A DNA stretch of 64,000 bases from contig OZ250150.1 in assembly GCA_965237675.1 (NCBI GenBank), forward strand, positions 576,001-640,000, read 5' to 3'. A program made the translations under genes and the position numbers. Every line of letters begins with the position of its first letter. The first letter of the stretch is position 1. Shown piece by piece: positions 51,010-62,621 of the stretch. This DNA is from Candidatus Latescibacterota bacterium (lineage in GTDB: Bacteria; Latescibacterota; UBA2968; GCA-2709665). Under the pieces are notes generated by a model. It ran no database searches. It saw only the letters and a program-made list of their open reading frames with translations, and was not told the DNA's origin.

Positions 51010-52179
51010 ATGTTTGAACTCGCCCTGAAATACGGGTGCAACCCTCACCAAAAACCCGCAAGAATATACAACAGAAACGGCCCGTTGCCATTTACAGTGT
51101 TAAACGGCGCGCCCGGTTATATCAACCTGCTGGATGCGCTCAATTCCTGGCAGTTGGTTAGAGAACTGAGGCAGACGCTCGACACGCCCGCCGCCGCGTC
51201 CTTCAAACACCTCAGCCCCGCCGGCGCCGCGGTGGCCGTGCCTCTGTACGACGACCTGAAGAAAGCCTATTTTGTGGAAGACCTCGACCTATCGCCCCTG
51301 GCCGTCGCTTACGCCCGCGCCCGGGGCGCCGACCGGCTTTCTTCATATGGCGATTGGGCTGCCCTGAGCGACACGGTTGACGTCTCCACAGCCAGCCTTC
51401 TGCGCCGCGAGGTTTCCGACGGCGTGATTGCGCCCGGATTTGAACCTGGGGCCCTCGATGTATTGAAACAAAAAAAAGGCGGCGCCTACCCGGTCCTTCA
51501 GATCAATCCGGATTACAATCCACTGGAAGTAGAGCGCCGGGAAGTGTTCGGACTCACCCTTGAGCAGCAATACAACGATCTGGTCACAGGTCCCGAGATA
51601 TTGAAAAACATCGTTACTCACAACCAGGAAATACCCCCGGACAAAGCCCGTGATATGCTGTTGGCCACCATTACACTCAAGTTCACCCAGTCCAACTCGA
51701 TCTGCTTCGCATTGCAGGGCCAGGCCATCGGCGTGGGCGCGGGCCAGCAAAACCGCCTTGCATGCACCGATCTTGCTGCAAATAAAGCCGAAGCGTGGTT
51801 TCTTCGCCAGCACCCGGCGGTGCTCAATCTGAAATTCAGAAAAGGAACCAAACGGCCTGAAAAGATAAACGCCATCGAACTCTATCTCAAGGGAGACATG
51901 ACACCCGAAGAGCAAAGCGCGTGGCGGTCTTCATTCCGCGAAGCGCCCCAGCCCTTCGGCGATACGGCCAGGGGGGAATGGTTGAAGCGTCTCAAGGGCG
52001 TCGTACTCGGCTCTGACGCGTATATACCCTTCCGTGACAATATCGACCGGGCCGCTCGAACGGGTGTGGATTACGTTATCCAGACTGGCGGTTCCGTACA
52101 GGACGATACGGTGACCGCTGCAGCCGATGAATACGGCATGGTCATGGTCAATACCGGCATCAGACTCTTTCATCATTAA
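51010..52179 (+). CDS. purH: AICAR transformylase (PurH C-terminal domain only)
   Basis: LKYGCNPHQ, SFKHLSPAG, KFTQSNS, SDAYIPFRD, TGIRLFHH; no IMP cyclohydrolase domain. Confidence 0.9.
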   Translation: MFELALKYGCNPHQKPARIYNRNGPLPFTVLNGAPGYINLLDALNSWQLVRELRQTLDTPAAASFKHLSPAGAAVAVPLYDDLKKAYFVEDLDLSPLAVAYARARGADRLSSYGDWAALSDTVDVSTASLLRREVSDGVIAPGFEPGALDVLKQKKGGAYPVLQINPDYNPLEVERREVFGLTLEQQYNDLVTGPEILKNIVTHNQEIPPDKARDMLLATITLKFTQSNSICFALQGQAIGVGAGQQNRLACTDLAANKAEAWFLRQHPAVLNLKFRKGTKRPEKINAIELYLKGDMTPEEQSAWRSSFREAPQPFGDTARGEWLKRLKGVVLGSDAYIPFRDNIDRAARTGVDYVIQTGGSVQDDTVTAAADEYGMVMVNTGIRLFHH

Positions 52180-52551
52180 GATCGCCGGTTGCAGGCCCCT
52201 TTCTTGTCACGGAAACGGCTTCTTCTTCTCAACGCCGGACTGGACGCACGCAAGGAATAGTCGACGATGTTGTATCTCGTCCGTGACCTGACAAAACACC
52301 AAATTTCCCATTTACTACGTCACGACTCGGCCTTATATTTATCGCCCAACGCAGTTCAATTTTCAGGAAAAACGAAACTGTTTTTCGGCCATTTGCAGTC
52401 GATAACCATTGGCACCGGTGCAATCGCTCAGGTCCAGCAACCCAGGATACGGCTCCAAACTCCGGAAGTTCAGGGTGCGCATCAAAAAGCTTCTTGATGA
52501 ATGAATGGGTGTACCTGAGGCATACACCATCGCACACGGAGATTTCCGAAC

Positions 52552-53379
52552 ATGCATTCCAAGTGTTTGGACGGCGACGCCAACATCTATCTGCGTGACA
52601 TCCGAAAATTCACGCAGATGAGCAAAGAAGACGAGGCCGGCGTGATCGCAGACGCTCAGAAGGGTAACCGCAATGCCCTCGACCGTCTCATCACTGCCAA
52701 CTTGCGATTTGTCGTTCGTATTGCACGGAAATATAGCGGACGAGGTTTGCCCCTGGCCGATCTGATTGCCGAGGGCAACCTGGGTCTGATCCGAGCCATA
52801 CGGACATTCGATCTTGCCCGCGGACACAAATTCATCACTTACGCAGTCTGGTGGATCCGACAGGCCATCCTGTCCGCACTCAATCGGTATGCCCATCCGG
52901 TCGTTTTTCCTGTGAATCAGATCGACGACCTCGACGTGATCAATCGGGCTAAGAACGCCCTTTCCCAGTCGTTGGGACGAATTCCCAACCTGGGCGAACT
53001 GGTTGAAAAAACCGGTATGCCACTCAGAAGGCTGCGCCGAGCCCTCGAAGCCAACCGAACGACCGTTTCCCTTGACAGCCCCACACATGAGGGATCCTCG
53101 GGAGTTTACGCGGATACGCTTCCCGCCAAAGACGCTTGCCCAGACGAACAGTTTGACGACGCCCGAATCAAGAAAATCCTGAAAGAATGCCTTAACCGGT
53201 TGCCTCGACGGGAAGCGCGGATCTTGAATCTCTATTTTGGTCTTGGCACGGATAAGCCCGAGCCCCTGGAACGGATTGGCAAACGACTGCAAATCAGCAG
53301 GGAGCGGGTCCGGCAACTCAAAGACAGAGCACTCGGCAGGCTCCGACTCAGTTTTGTCCGGGAAGATTTAATTTCATAG
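52552..53379 (+). CDS. RpoD/SigA-family alternative sigma factor
   Basis: ANLRFVV, DLIAEGNLGL, KFITYAVWWIRQ, SRERVRQ; lacks region 1.1. Confidence 0.92.
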   Translation: MHSKCLDGDANIYLRDIRKFTQMSKEDEAGVIADAQKGNRNALDRLITANLRFVVRIARKYSGRGLPLADLIAEGNLGLIRAIRTFDLARGHKFITYAVWWIRQAILSALNRYAHPVVFPVNQIDDLDVINRAKNALSQSLGRIPNLGELVEKTGMPLRRLRRALEANRTTVSLDSPTHEGSSGVYADTLPAKDACPDEQFDDARIKKILKECLNRLPRREARILNLYFGLGTDKPEPLERIGKRLQISRERVRQLKDRALGRLRLSFVREDLIS

Positions 53380-53387
53380 GCTGAATG

Positions 53388-53450
53388 ATAGCACATCCAT
53401 AACAAAGCGGGCGGCCACTCAGGCCGCCCGCTTTGTTATGGATGTGCTAT
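53388..53450. terminator. Perfect 29-bp inverted repeat between convergent genes (likely bidirectional terminator)
   Basis: ATAGCACATCCATAACAAAGCGGGCGGCC-ACTCA-GGCCGCCCGCTTTGTTATGGATGTGCTAT. Confidence 0.75.
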
Positions 53451-53463
53451 GGAAGTTACCGGC

Positions 53464-54663
53464 TTACTGCCCGGAAAAATCTGCCCGCTTTTGGATCATT
53501 TGCTGCTTCAACAACTGCAGGTCTCGTTGGAGTCGGAGGAATTCCTGATACAAGGCGGTGTTGCCCTGCTGCATTGTAAGCTGCGACGAGGCCGCAGGTC
53601 CGTCAAAACCGACCGATAGAAATCCTCTGGATTCCGGTGGAAGTTCACCCACCTCCACGTGGGGCGTGTCCGGTTGTTCACCTCGTTTGATCTTCATCCG
53701 AATCTCGGTCCCCGGAGTTGTGGAAAGGACCAGGCTCTGAAGATGCTCGGCACTTTCCACCTGCTGCTCCTGGAACGAAATGATAAGATCGCCCCGCACG
53801 ATGCCGCTCCTTGCCGCAGGCCCATTCAGCAAAATGCCATCGACGCGCACGCCATGATATTCCAAATCGTATTTCCCGACGACGCCCAACCACCCGTATG
53901 CTGTTCGCGAGCCACTGATAAGACGTTGGGCAATCCGAATGGCACGATTGATAGGTACCACAAAAACCGTCGTTGGAATCTCCTGTGCCATTCGGGCGCC
54001 CGGAGCCCCTTCAGGCAGAATATCGGACCATGGATCGGGCGGCAACGCCCATACTAAGCCCAAAATTTCTCCAGTACTGCAAAAAACCGGTGCGCCTCCA
54101 AAACTGAGATGCACCGGCGCCGAAATATGAATCAGGTCCTGGATGCGGTCGACATTGTGAACCATACCAAACGAAGGCATCAGGTTTCCAAAACTGTTGC
54201 CCAGAATAAACGCATAGTGGCCAATGCGGACCTGATCGGAATTCCCGATTGCAATCGGCTGCAGACCCTCTGCCTCAACCCGAATAACCGCCACCTCCGA
54301 TACCGGGTCCGATGCCACGAAACGAGCTTGGAGACGACGCCCCGTACCGAGCGTTACCCAGATTTCGTCGGCGTCCTTAACAGCACGATGGACCGTTATG
54401 ATGTTTCCCTTGGAATCCAGAATAAATCCGGTGCCGTGCATAAATCCTTTGCCATATTGCAGACCTTCCCCTGCCCCTATTTGGGTATAGCTGGCATGGA
54501 TGCGAACAACACCAGGCCGGTTCTTTTCGAGAATCTCGGCTCGCTCTTCTTCGATCCCCTTGAGCACGCTGCCGGCGTCGCACTCCGTCGCACCTGGCCC
54601 GGTGAACAGCAACCCCGCAATTGCGGGAACCGCCCAGAGGGATCTGCACCGTCGTGTTTTCAT
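53464..54663 (-). CDS. HtrA/DegP-like S1C protease homologue with PDZ domain; catalytic triad degenerate
   Basis: GTGFILD, IGNSDQVRIG and GPAARSGI PDZ motifs. Triad positions read TVHRAV, DPVSEVA and VHLSFGGAP. Confidence 0.85.
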   Translation of the reverse strand: MKTRRCRSLWAVPAIAGLLFTGPGATECDAGSVLKGIEEERAEILEKNRPGVVRIHASYTQIGAGEGLQYGKGFMHGTGFILDSKGNIITVHRAVKDADEIWVTLGTGRRLQARFVASDPVSEVAVIRVEAEGLQPIAIGNSDQVRIGHYAFILGNSFGNLMPSFGMVHNVDRIQDLIHISAPVHLSFGGAPVFCSTGEILGLVWALPPDPWSDILPEGAPGARMAQEIPTTVFVVPINRAIRIAQRLISGSRTAYGWLGVVGKYDLEYHGVRVDGILLNGPAARSGIVRGDLIISFQEQQVESAEHLQSLVLSTTPGTEIRMKIKRGEQPDTPHVEVGELPPESRGFLSVGFDGPAASSQLTMQQGNTALYQEFLRLQRDLQLLKQQMIQKRADFSGQ

Positions 54664-54696
54664 TGTCCGTGTAGACTTTCTCTCCCACAAGATTCA

Positions 54697-55302
54697 CTAA
54701 AAGGACACCCGACCCACGTTGGCCAGATGACGAACCGGCCGCATACGTACCATTGACGCAGCCTTTATGGAATCCACCGACTCGGACCGATGAACCTGTC
54801 CTGAAACAGGATAGGACGTTCTCTGGGACAGCATCTTCAGCGCCCCCCGCCGGTCCGGGGCGGGAAAAAACGGCGAAAATGATGGCGCGACCACGGTCAA
54901 CTGATGGATACGATCCGAGGTGACCGCACGCGTTGTCGGCTCCTCGTCGAGTGCCGTGGTCATGCCAAGCGCCATCAGTACAACCGCAACACCCGATGCA
55001 AGCGCCTTTGGCAGGGTTGGAAAAAACAGGGATGGCAGCTTATTCCAGAACGAAGTTTTTTGAGCCGCCTCCATCATCAGACGGCTCCGAAGGGCAAAAT
55101 CAAACCCGACCGAAGGCCGCACACGCGACATCCGGGCGAGCCGCTGGGTCAGGTTCCTGACGCCTTCCAACGAATTGGCGCAGGTGGGGCAGTCTACCGT
55201 GTGGTGATCCATCTGCGCCCGCTTGGCGCCTGTTACCTCGTCTTCAATATAGGCCGATAATCGGGCCGCAAACTCGCCGCACGTTATGTGACCCTCGCCC
55301 AT
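54697..55302 (-). CDS. Zinc-binding anti-sigma factor (zf-HC2) with TM segment
   Basis: C...LSAYIEDE...HTVDCPTC (HxxxCxxC); hydrophobic ALASGVAVVLMALG. Confidence 0.88.
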   Translation of the reverse strand: MGEGHITCGEFAARLSAYIEDEVTGAKRAQMDHHTVDCPTCANSLEGVRNLTQRLARMSRVRPSVGFDFALRSRLMMEAAQKTSFWNKLPSLFFPTLPKALASGVAVVLMALGMTTALDEEPTTRAVTSDRIHQLTVVAPSFSPFFPAPDRRGALKMLSQRTSYPVSGQVHRSESVDSIKAASMVRMRPVRHLANVGRVSF

Positions 55303-55368
55303 GTATTTCCTCCGATGGTTCTATTGGATTACGAATGTCCGTAGGGTTCGACAGACGGCGTCAGGCTC

Positions 55369-55974
55369 TCAGACTTCCAGCCCCACGTCCCTTCCCTCAT
55401 TTTTCAGCTTTTGCTGCAGTTTCAGACGGGCCCGGTTCACACGCGACTTGACCGTACCCACCGGACACCTGCTGATCTCGGCAATCTCCTGGTAGGACAT
55501 CCCTTCCACGTCCCGAAGCAGGATCACCTTTCGGTAGTTTTCCGACAACGACATAATGGCCTGTTGAATCTGCACGTCTGCGATAGAAGATTCGGTAATT
55601 CGATCCGGCCGGTAGGACTCGTCCGGCAATTCCAGCCCCGTCTCGTTCTCGTCATCCCGATGCAGTGAAAACAGCCGCCAACGTTTTCGACGCCTTAATT
55701 CGCTCTTGGCCAGGTTGCCGGCAATTGTGAACAACCATGTGGAGAAATTCGCTATTGCCCGATATTCGTTCCGCTTTCGATACGCCCTGAGAAAAGCCTC
55801 CTGGACTATATCCTCTGCTGTCTCCCGGTCTCCGACAAACCGAAAAACAAAGTTGTAAAGCCTTCCTCTATATCGATTTACAATCTTTCCATAAGCTTCA
55901 ATATCGCCATTCGCAACATCGGTCAGAATATCAACATCCGACACCGCTGTGTTATCGGTTTTTACCATGAGCAT
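55369..55974 (-). CDS. ECF sigma factor (RpoE-like)
   Basis: AEDIVQEAF, FSTWLFTIA, SYQEIAE...GTVKSRVNRAR. Confidence 0.94.
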   Translation of the reverse strand: MLMVKTDNTAVSDVDILTDVANGDIEAYGKIVNRYRGRLYNFVFRFVGDRETAEDIVQEAFLRAYRKRNEYRAIANFSTWLFTIAGNLAKSELRRRKRWRLFSLHRDDENETGLELPDESYRPDRITESSIADVQIQQAIMSLSENYRKVILLRDVEGMSYQEIAEISRCPVGTVKSRVNRARLKLQQKLKNEGRDVGLEV

Positions 55975-56055
55975 GGATTCTCCCCCCTTTCACCTGCAAC
56001 ATCCGCGGGAATGGGGCATTCAAAACCCCCAATCCAGACGATCACCGAACAGCTA

Positions 56056-56083
56056 TTAAACCCTCTGGTCTGAGAAAAGTTCC
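56056..56083 (-). promoter_or_regulatory. Putative autoregulatory ECF promoter
   Basis: Minus strand GGAACTT-16 bp-TTTAA, close to the sigmaE-type GAACTT-N16-TCtaA pattern, ~80 bp upstream of the sigma gene. Confidence 0.5.
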
Positions 56084-56238
56084 CGAAAAGCGGAAAATTC
56101 AGTACCGGTAACCGAAAGCGGCTCCTCGTCTCTGCACGACACGCTTAAGACCGGATTTGAAGAACAACTGCTCAAAAGATAAGGAAATCGAGGGAAGAAA
56201 CCAGCTGAATATCCACGCTTTCGATCTGGTTTCTCCCC

Positions 56239-56266
56239 TTGACATCCGCTTGGGATTTGGTATAAT
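56239..56266 (+). promoter_or_regulatory. Sigma70 promoter of acs
   Basis: TTGACA-16 bp-TATAAT with a TGn extended -10. Confidence 0.75.
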
Positions 56267-56358
56267 AACAGCCGTTCCATCCAGGAATTGCAAGATCCTC
56301 TTTTACCGACATCGAATCTGCCAATTCAACCGTTTAATACCGAAAGAAAGGGTTTTCA

Positions 56359-58359
56359 ATGGCGGCAAATCCAGACCGGATTTCAGAACAGGGCGGAAGA
56401 TATTTCCCACCTCAACATCTCAGTGGGAAGGCCCATATTAAAAGCTTCGAAGACTACCGGCGGCGGTATCAGGAGTCCATAGAAGACATCGAAGCATTCT
56501 GGGCTGAAGTGGCAGGAGACTTCCATTGGTACAGACGATGGGACAACGTACGCGCATACAACTACAATGTCGACGAAGGACCCGTGTCAATTAAATGGTT
56601 TGAAGGTGCGAAAACCAGCATCGCGTACAATTGCCTCGACCGTCACCTGGAAACACGCGGGGATCAGGTTGCGATTATCTGGGAAGGCAACGAGCCGGGT
56701 GAAGACGGACGGCTAACCTACCGGGAACTCCACCATCAGGTCTGCAAATTCGCCAACGTCTTGAAGTCTCGGGGAGTGAAAAAAGGAGACCGCGTTTCCA
56801 TATATATGCCAATGATCCCCGAACTGGCCGTCGCGATGCTGGCCTGCGCCAGGATCGGCGCGGTTCACTCAATCGTCTTCGGCGGCTTTTCCGCAGATGC
56901 GCTTGCCGATCGCATTGTCGATTCCACCTGCCAGTTGGTCATTACGACCGACGGAATGTTCCGAGGCGACAGACCGATGGAACGCAAGGCATTTGCCGAT
57001 CACGCCATCTCCAATGCGGATGGCCGAATGGTCGGCAAAACCGTGGATACATGCATCGTCGTCCGCCGCGTGGGCGAACAAAAGGGTATTTCCTGCCCCA
57101 TGCGAGAGGGTAGAGACATCTGGTGGCACGAAGCCATGGAAACAGCCAGCCCGGATTGTCCGTGTGAAGAGATGGACGCGGAAGATCCGCTATACATCCT
57201 GTATACGTCGGGCTCCACGGGCAAACCCAAGGGCGTGCAGCATAATGTGGGCGGATATATGGTATACACCGCCTACACCCACAAAAATATCTTCGACTAT
57301 CACGATGGCGATATCTACTTCTGCGCCGCTGACATCGGCTGGGTTACCGGACACTCTTACATCATCTACGGTCCCTTGGCAAACGGTGCGACGTCGGTCA
57401 TGTTCGAAAGTACGCCGGTGTATCCCGACCCAGGGCGTTACTGGCAGGTGATTGACAAATACGAAGTCAATCAGTTCTATACGGCACCCACGGCGATCAG
57501 GGCGGTTGCCAAGGAGGGCGAAGCGTGGCCGGCCAAATACGACCTCTCCTCACTGAAGCTCCTGGGGACCGTTGGGGAACCCATCAACCCGGAAGCCTGG
57601 CTCTGGTACCACCACAACGTGGGTCGCGGCCGCTGTCCGATTGTCGACACCTGGTGGCAAACCGAAACCGGCGGCATCCTCATCACACCGCTCCCGGGCG
57701 CAACCGCCACGAAGCCCGGCTCCGCGACTTTTCCCTTCTTCGGTATCAGACCGGTTGTACTCGACCCGGAGTCCGGCAAAGAACTGGAGGGTAACGACGT
57801 CCGCGGCGTTCTGGCTATTGCGGAACCCTGGCCGGGGCAAATGCGCACCATTTACGGCGACCACAAACGCTTCGAGGAAACCTATTTCCAGCAATACAAA
57901 GGCTATTATTTCACTGGCGACGGCTGCCGCAGGGACGAAGACGGCTATTACTGGATCACCGGTCGGGTGGATGACGTGATCAACATATCCGGGCACCGCA
58001 TGGGCACCGCCGAGGTCGAGTCCGCCCTGGTCTCTCACGCGGGTGTGGCGGAAGCGGCTGTGGTGGGTTTCCCCCACGAAATCAAGGGCCAGGGAATCTA
58101 TGCCTATGTAACCCTGAACGTCGGTGTGGAATACATGGATTCACTGAAAAACGAACTGAAGGGATGGGTTCGAAAAGAGATCGGTCCCATCGCCACACCC
58201 GACGTGATCCATTGGGCGCCGGGACTGCCCAAAACACGATCGGGCAAAATCATGCGCCGAATCCTGCGCAAAATTGCCGCCGCCGATACCGGCGATCTCG
58301 GCGACACCTCCACGCTTGCCGATCCGGCGGTTGTGGATCAACTCCTTGAAAATCGCTAG
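56359..58359 (+). CDS. acs: Acetyl-CoA synthetase
   Basis: [32 protein letters not shown]. Confidence 0.97.
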   Translation: MAANPDRISEQGGRYFPPQHLSGKAHIKSFEDYRRRYQESIEDIEAFWAEVAGDFHWYRRWDNVRAYNYNVDEGPVSIKWFEGAKTSIAYNCLDRHLETRGDQVAIIWEGNEPGEDGRLTYRELHHQVCKFANVLKSRGVKKGDRVSIYMPMIPELAVAMLACARIGAVHSIVFGGFSADALADRIVDSTCQLVITTDGMFRGDRPMERKAFADHAISNADGRMVGKTVDTCIVVRRVGEQKGISCPMREGRDIWWHEAMETASPDCPCEEMDAEDPLYILYTSGSTGKPKGVQHNVGGYMVYTAYTHKNIFDYHDGDIYFCAADIGWVTGHSYIIYGPLANGATSVMFESTPVYPDPGRYWQVIDKYEVNQFYTAPTAIRAVAKEGEAWPAKYDLSSLKLLGTVGEPINPEAWLWYHHNVGRGRCPIVDTWWQTETGGILITPLPGATATKPGSATFPFFGIRPVVLDPESGKELEGNDVRGVLAIAEPWPGQMRTIYGDHKRFEETYFQQYKGYYFTGDGCRRDEDGYYWITGRVDDVINISGHRMGTAEVESALVSHAGVAEAAVVGFPHEIKGQGIYAYVTLNVGVEYMDSLKNELKGWVRKEIGPIATPDVIHWAPGLPKTRSGKIMRRILRKIAAADTGDLGDTSTLADPAVVDQLLENR

Positions 58360-58577
58360 TGCTCTGACCCGGAAACGGATTGCCGAAATCCGGCCGACGA
58401 GTCGCCCGGCTCGCAAGCCGCCTGCGATCTGCCCAAGGTCGGCGAGCGCGTTTCGACAGGCTCAACGCAGGCAACGAACGCAACGCAGCGAGACGGGATG
58501 AATCGGCGCCTGCCTGTGCGTGCTGCCTCACGCACGCAGACAGGGATGAATGGTGACATATTTCCGGGGCGCGACAC
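58359..58577. repeat. Repeat family A copy with nested palindromes
   Basis: Family ends plus inserted TTCGACAGGCTCA and CCTGCCTGTGCGTG...CACGCACGCAGACAGG. Confidence 0.88.
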
Positions 58578-58603
58578 CTGGAAACCGTATTATTCACGCT
58601 AAG

Positions 58604-58633
58604 CCAAGAGGGAGCCGGATGGCTCCCTCTTGG
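58604..58633. terminator. 13-bp perfect hairpin downstream of acs
   Basis: CCAAGAGGGAGCC-GGAT-GGCTCCCTCTTGG; weak U tract. Confidence 0.5.
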
Positions 58634-58662
58634 TGTTCATCAGGGACGGGTACCGCCCCAAA

Positions 58663-59370
58663 ATGACGTCTTTGCCTCAGAAATCCCTGCTCCTGCTCTC
58701 CGGCGGAATGGATTCGACGACCCTGCTCTGGTGGATGCGAGACCGTGGCATTTCCGAGATCCACACCGTCTCGATCGACTATGGCCAGCGCCACGCTATC
58801 GAACTCGAATCCAGCGCAACGCTCTCCCGAACGGCGGGCACCCGCTCCCACCGCTGTCTCAAGATCAATCTCCGGCAGATCGGCGGAAATCCGATCACCG
58901 ATACAGGCCATCCGGTTCCCGCAGCGGAACAGGATCGGCAGGCTCTAACCGTGGTTCCTTTCCGCAACATGCTCTTCGTCACGCTGGCTGCCGCATGGGC
59001 AGAGGTGAAGAGTTGTACCGATCTCTATCTGTCGCCGGTCCGGGACGACTTTCAGATCTACCGAGACTGCCGACGCGAATTTTACGATACGCTGGAGAAA
59101 TCCCTTGTCCTGGGCGCCACGCGACAGACCGACTACCGTATCCATACCCCTTTTGTGGAGAAATGGAAAGCCGAAGTCGTGAGCATCGGCCTGAAACTGG
59201 GGGTGCCCTACGCCGAGACCCACACCTGCTACGCAGGCAAACGCCCCGCCTGCGGCCGTTGCGATGCCTGCGTGGAACGCGTCGCCGCCTTTCGGACCAA
59301 CCACGCCGTCGATCCCCTGGCCTACGAAATCGAAATCGACTGGACAACATCCACGGCGCCGCATCGATAG
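58663..59370 (+). CDS. queC: 7-cyano-7-deazaguanine synthase
   Basis: LSGGMDS, YGQRH, VPFRN, YRDCR, TCY...CGRCDAC. Confidence 0.95.
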   Translation: MTSLPQKSLLLLSGGMDSTTLLWWMRDRGISEIHTVSIDYGQRHAIELESSATLSRTAGTRSHRCLKINLRQIGGNPITDTGHPVPAAEQDRQALTVVPFRNMLFVTLAAAWAEVKSCTDLYLSPVRDDFQIYRDCRREFYDTLEKSLVLGATRQTDYRIHTPFVEKWKAEVVSIGLKLGVPYAETHTCYAGKRPACGRCDACVERVAAFRTNHAVDPLAYEIEIDWTTSTAPHR

Positions 59371-59399
59371 GCGACCCTGCGTGAGGTCCGCCGGCCGGA

Positions 59400-60449
59400 C
59401 TATGCGTTTTTCAATGCTGTCAACGTGTCTATCAGCCGCCGATCCGCCTTGTATCGAAGTTCGAGAATCTGAGCGAGTTCCTCCGTACCGGTGTCTTTGG
59501 CGGTTAACCGATAGACCTCGAGCCGGTCTTCCAGGGCGTTCATGACCATATCGAGCAAGATGAGATCCGATGCATCGTCCTCGACCATACACTCATCCGC
59601 CAGCACACGGCGAACCACCTTCAGGCGGTCCCGCAACGCAGCGTCGTCAATCTCCTCGATCGTGTCTTGACTGACCAGTCGGGTGGACAGCGTCGCCAGA
59701 AATCCTTCACTCAAATACTTGCGGGCTTTCTCTTCGGTCCAGGTGTCCGCCAGGATCTCCACAACGGACTGGGGGATCCGCTCGGCCCGCTCCGTACTCT
59801 CCGCGGACCCGCCGCCTTCGTTCGGCCGCCGTGGCTGCCGCCGCCGTCTCGGCCGGCGATGTTCCTGCGAAGCGCCCCTGGAGGGCGGCTCCTGTGTCCG
59901 TTCAGCCGGTGTCTCCGCGGGTGCGCCCGCTGTAGCATCGGGCGCTGACGTCGCCTCAGCCTCCGCGTTTTCCACGACAGAATCCGGCACTGACTCCGGC
60001 GCGTTCGGCGGTTCAGGGGGCGTCGCAGCTGTTGCCGTCGCCGCCGACGGCTCAACGGTTGTCTCAGCCTCTTTTTGGGATTGGTTCTGCTCCTTGTCCT
60101 CCGCTTTCCCTGGTGGCGCGCGCTTCGGGGACTTCGCCGGCCCTCGCGACCGTTTCACGGGCCGGCGCGATACCACGCGTTTTTCCGAAACATCGGTGGT
60201 TTTCTCAGTAGACTCGTTTGCGTCTTCCGTAGCGTCAGCTTCGGACTTCTCCCCGTTTTCCTCGACCGGCGCGGTTCGGCTTCGCGTCGTCCTTTTTGGT
60301 TTCTTGGTGCTACTCCGGGTACGCTTGGCCGGTCGCCTTGACACCACGCGCCTTTCAGAATCCCGGGCGTCGTCCTTCTTCTCCGTGTCCGGGGCTCCCG
60401 ACACGGTTTGGTCATTCTCCCCGGATGGGGGATCCAGATTAACGTCCAT
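59400..60449 (-). CDS. Hypothetical protein with long disordered N-terminus and helical C-terminal domain
   Basis: RBS GGAGG before ATG 60449; low-complexity charged region containing RVVSRRP twice. Confidence 0.8.
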   Translation of the reverse strand: MDVNLDPPSGENDQTVSGAPDTEKKDDARDSERRVVSRRPAKRTRSSTKKPKRTTRSRTAPVEENGEKSEADATEDANESTEKTTDVSEKRVVSRRPVKRSRGPAKSPKRAPPGKAEDKEQNQSQKEAETTVEPSAATATAATPPEPPNAPESVPDSVVENAEAEATSAPDATAGAPAETPAERTQEPPSRGASQEHRRPRRRRQPRRPNEGGGSAESTERAERIPQSVVEILADTWTEEKARKYLSEGFLATLSTRLVSQDTIEEIDDAALRDRLKVVRRVLADECMVEDDASDLILLDMVMNALEDRLEVYRLTAKDTGTEELAQILELRYKADRRLIDTLTALKNA

Positions 60450-60580
60450 ATCCCTCCCTTCCAGTTGCAGACGGCCCATTATAGGCCACATCGTCTCCAA
60501 CCCTCCACAGTGTTGAACCTGCGCGAAAACATCATGCCGACACACCAATATAAACAAATGCCGTCATAGTTCAAGGGATG

Positions 60581-60608
60581 AAAAAAGGCCGGCCAGTAAC
60601 GGCCGACC
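60581..60608 (-). terminator. Rho-independent terminator of groESL
   Basis: Minus strand GGTCGGCC-GTTACT-GGCCGGCC-TTTTTT. Confidence 0.75.
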
Positions 60609-60643
60609 CTTGAACGGTTGCCCGATGTTGTGGACACGGTCCG

Positions 60644-60856
60644 GTGTTCTGTCCCGGAGATAGATTGCCTGAATTCGGCCGTCGAGTCGCCCGGCTCGCA
60701 AGGAGCCTGCGACCTGCGGAAGGTCAGCGAGCGAGGGCACTTCGACAAGCTCAGCGCAAGCAACGCAGCGAGACGGGATGATTCTTCCCTGCCTGTGCAT
60801 GCTGCCTCACGCACGCAGACAGGGAAGAATGGTGACATGTTTCTGGGACAGGACAC
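60644..60856. repeat. Repeat family A copy abutting the groEL stop codon
   Basis: GTGTTCTGTCCCGGAGATA...TTTCTGGGACAGGACAC with the same nested palindromes as the 58359 copy. Confidence 0.88.
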
Positions 60857-62497
<1,641 letters not shown>

Positions 62498-62621
62498 CTA
62501 AATGCTTTTGAACAAGACTTGGCGGATCCGGTTCCATGGACGGCATTCCCGGATCGTCATCGCCCGTCCCCCTCTGTCCGGGGCTCGAATCGCGACGTGC
62601 ATTTATGCGGGTTTTTGTTGT

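Noticed and set aside
58578-58662. preQ1 riboswitch upstream of queC (also sought upstream of queD)
   Set aside because: No recognisable preQ1 aptamer or A-rich tail; only a plain hairpin.
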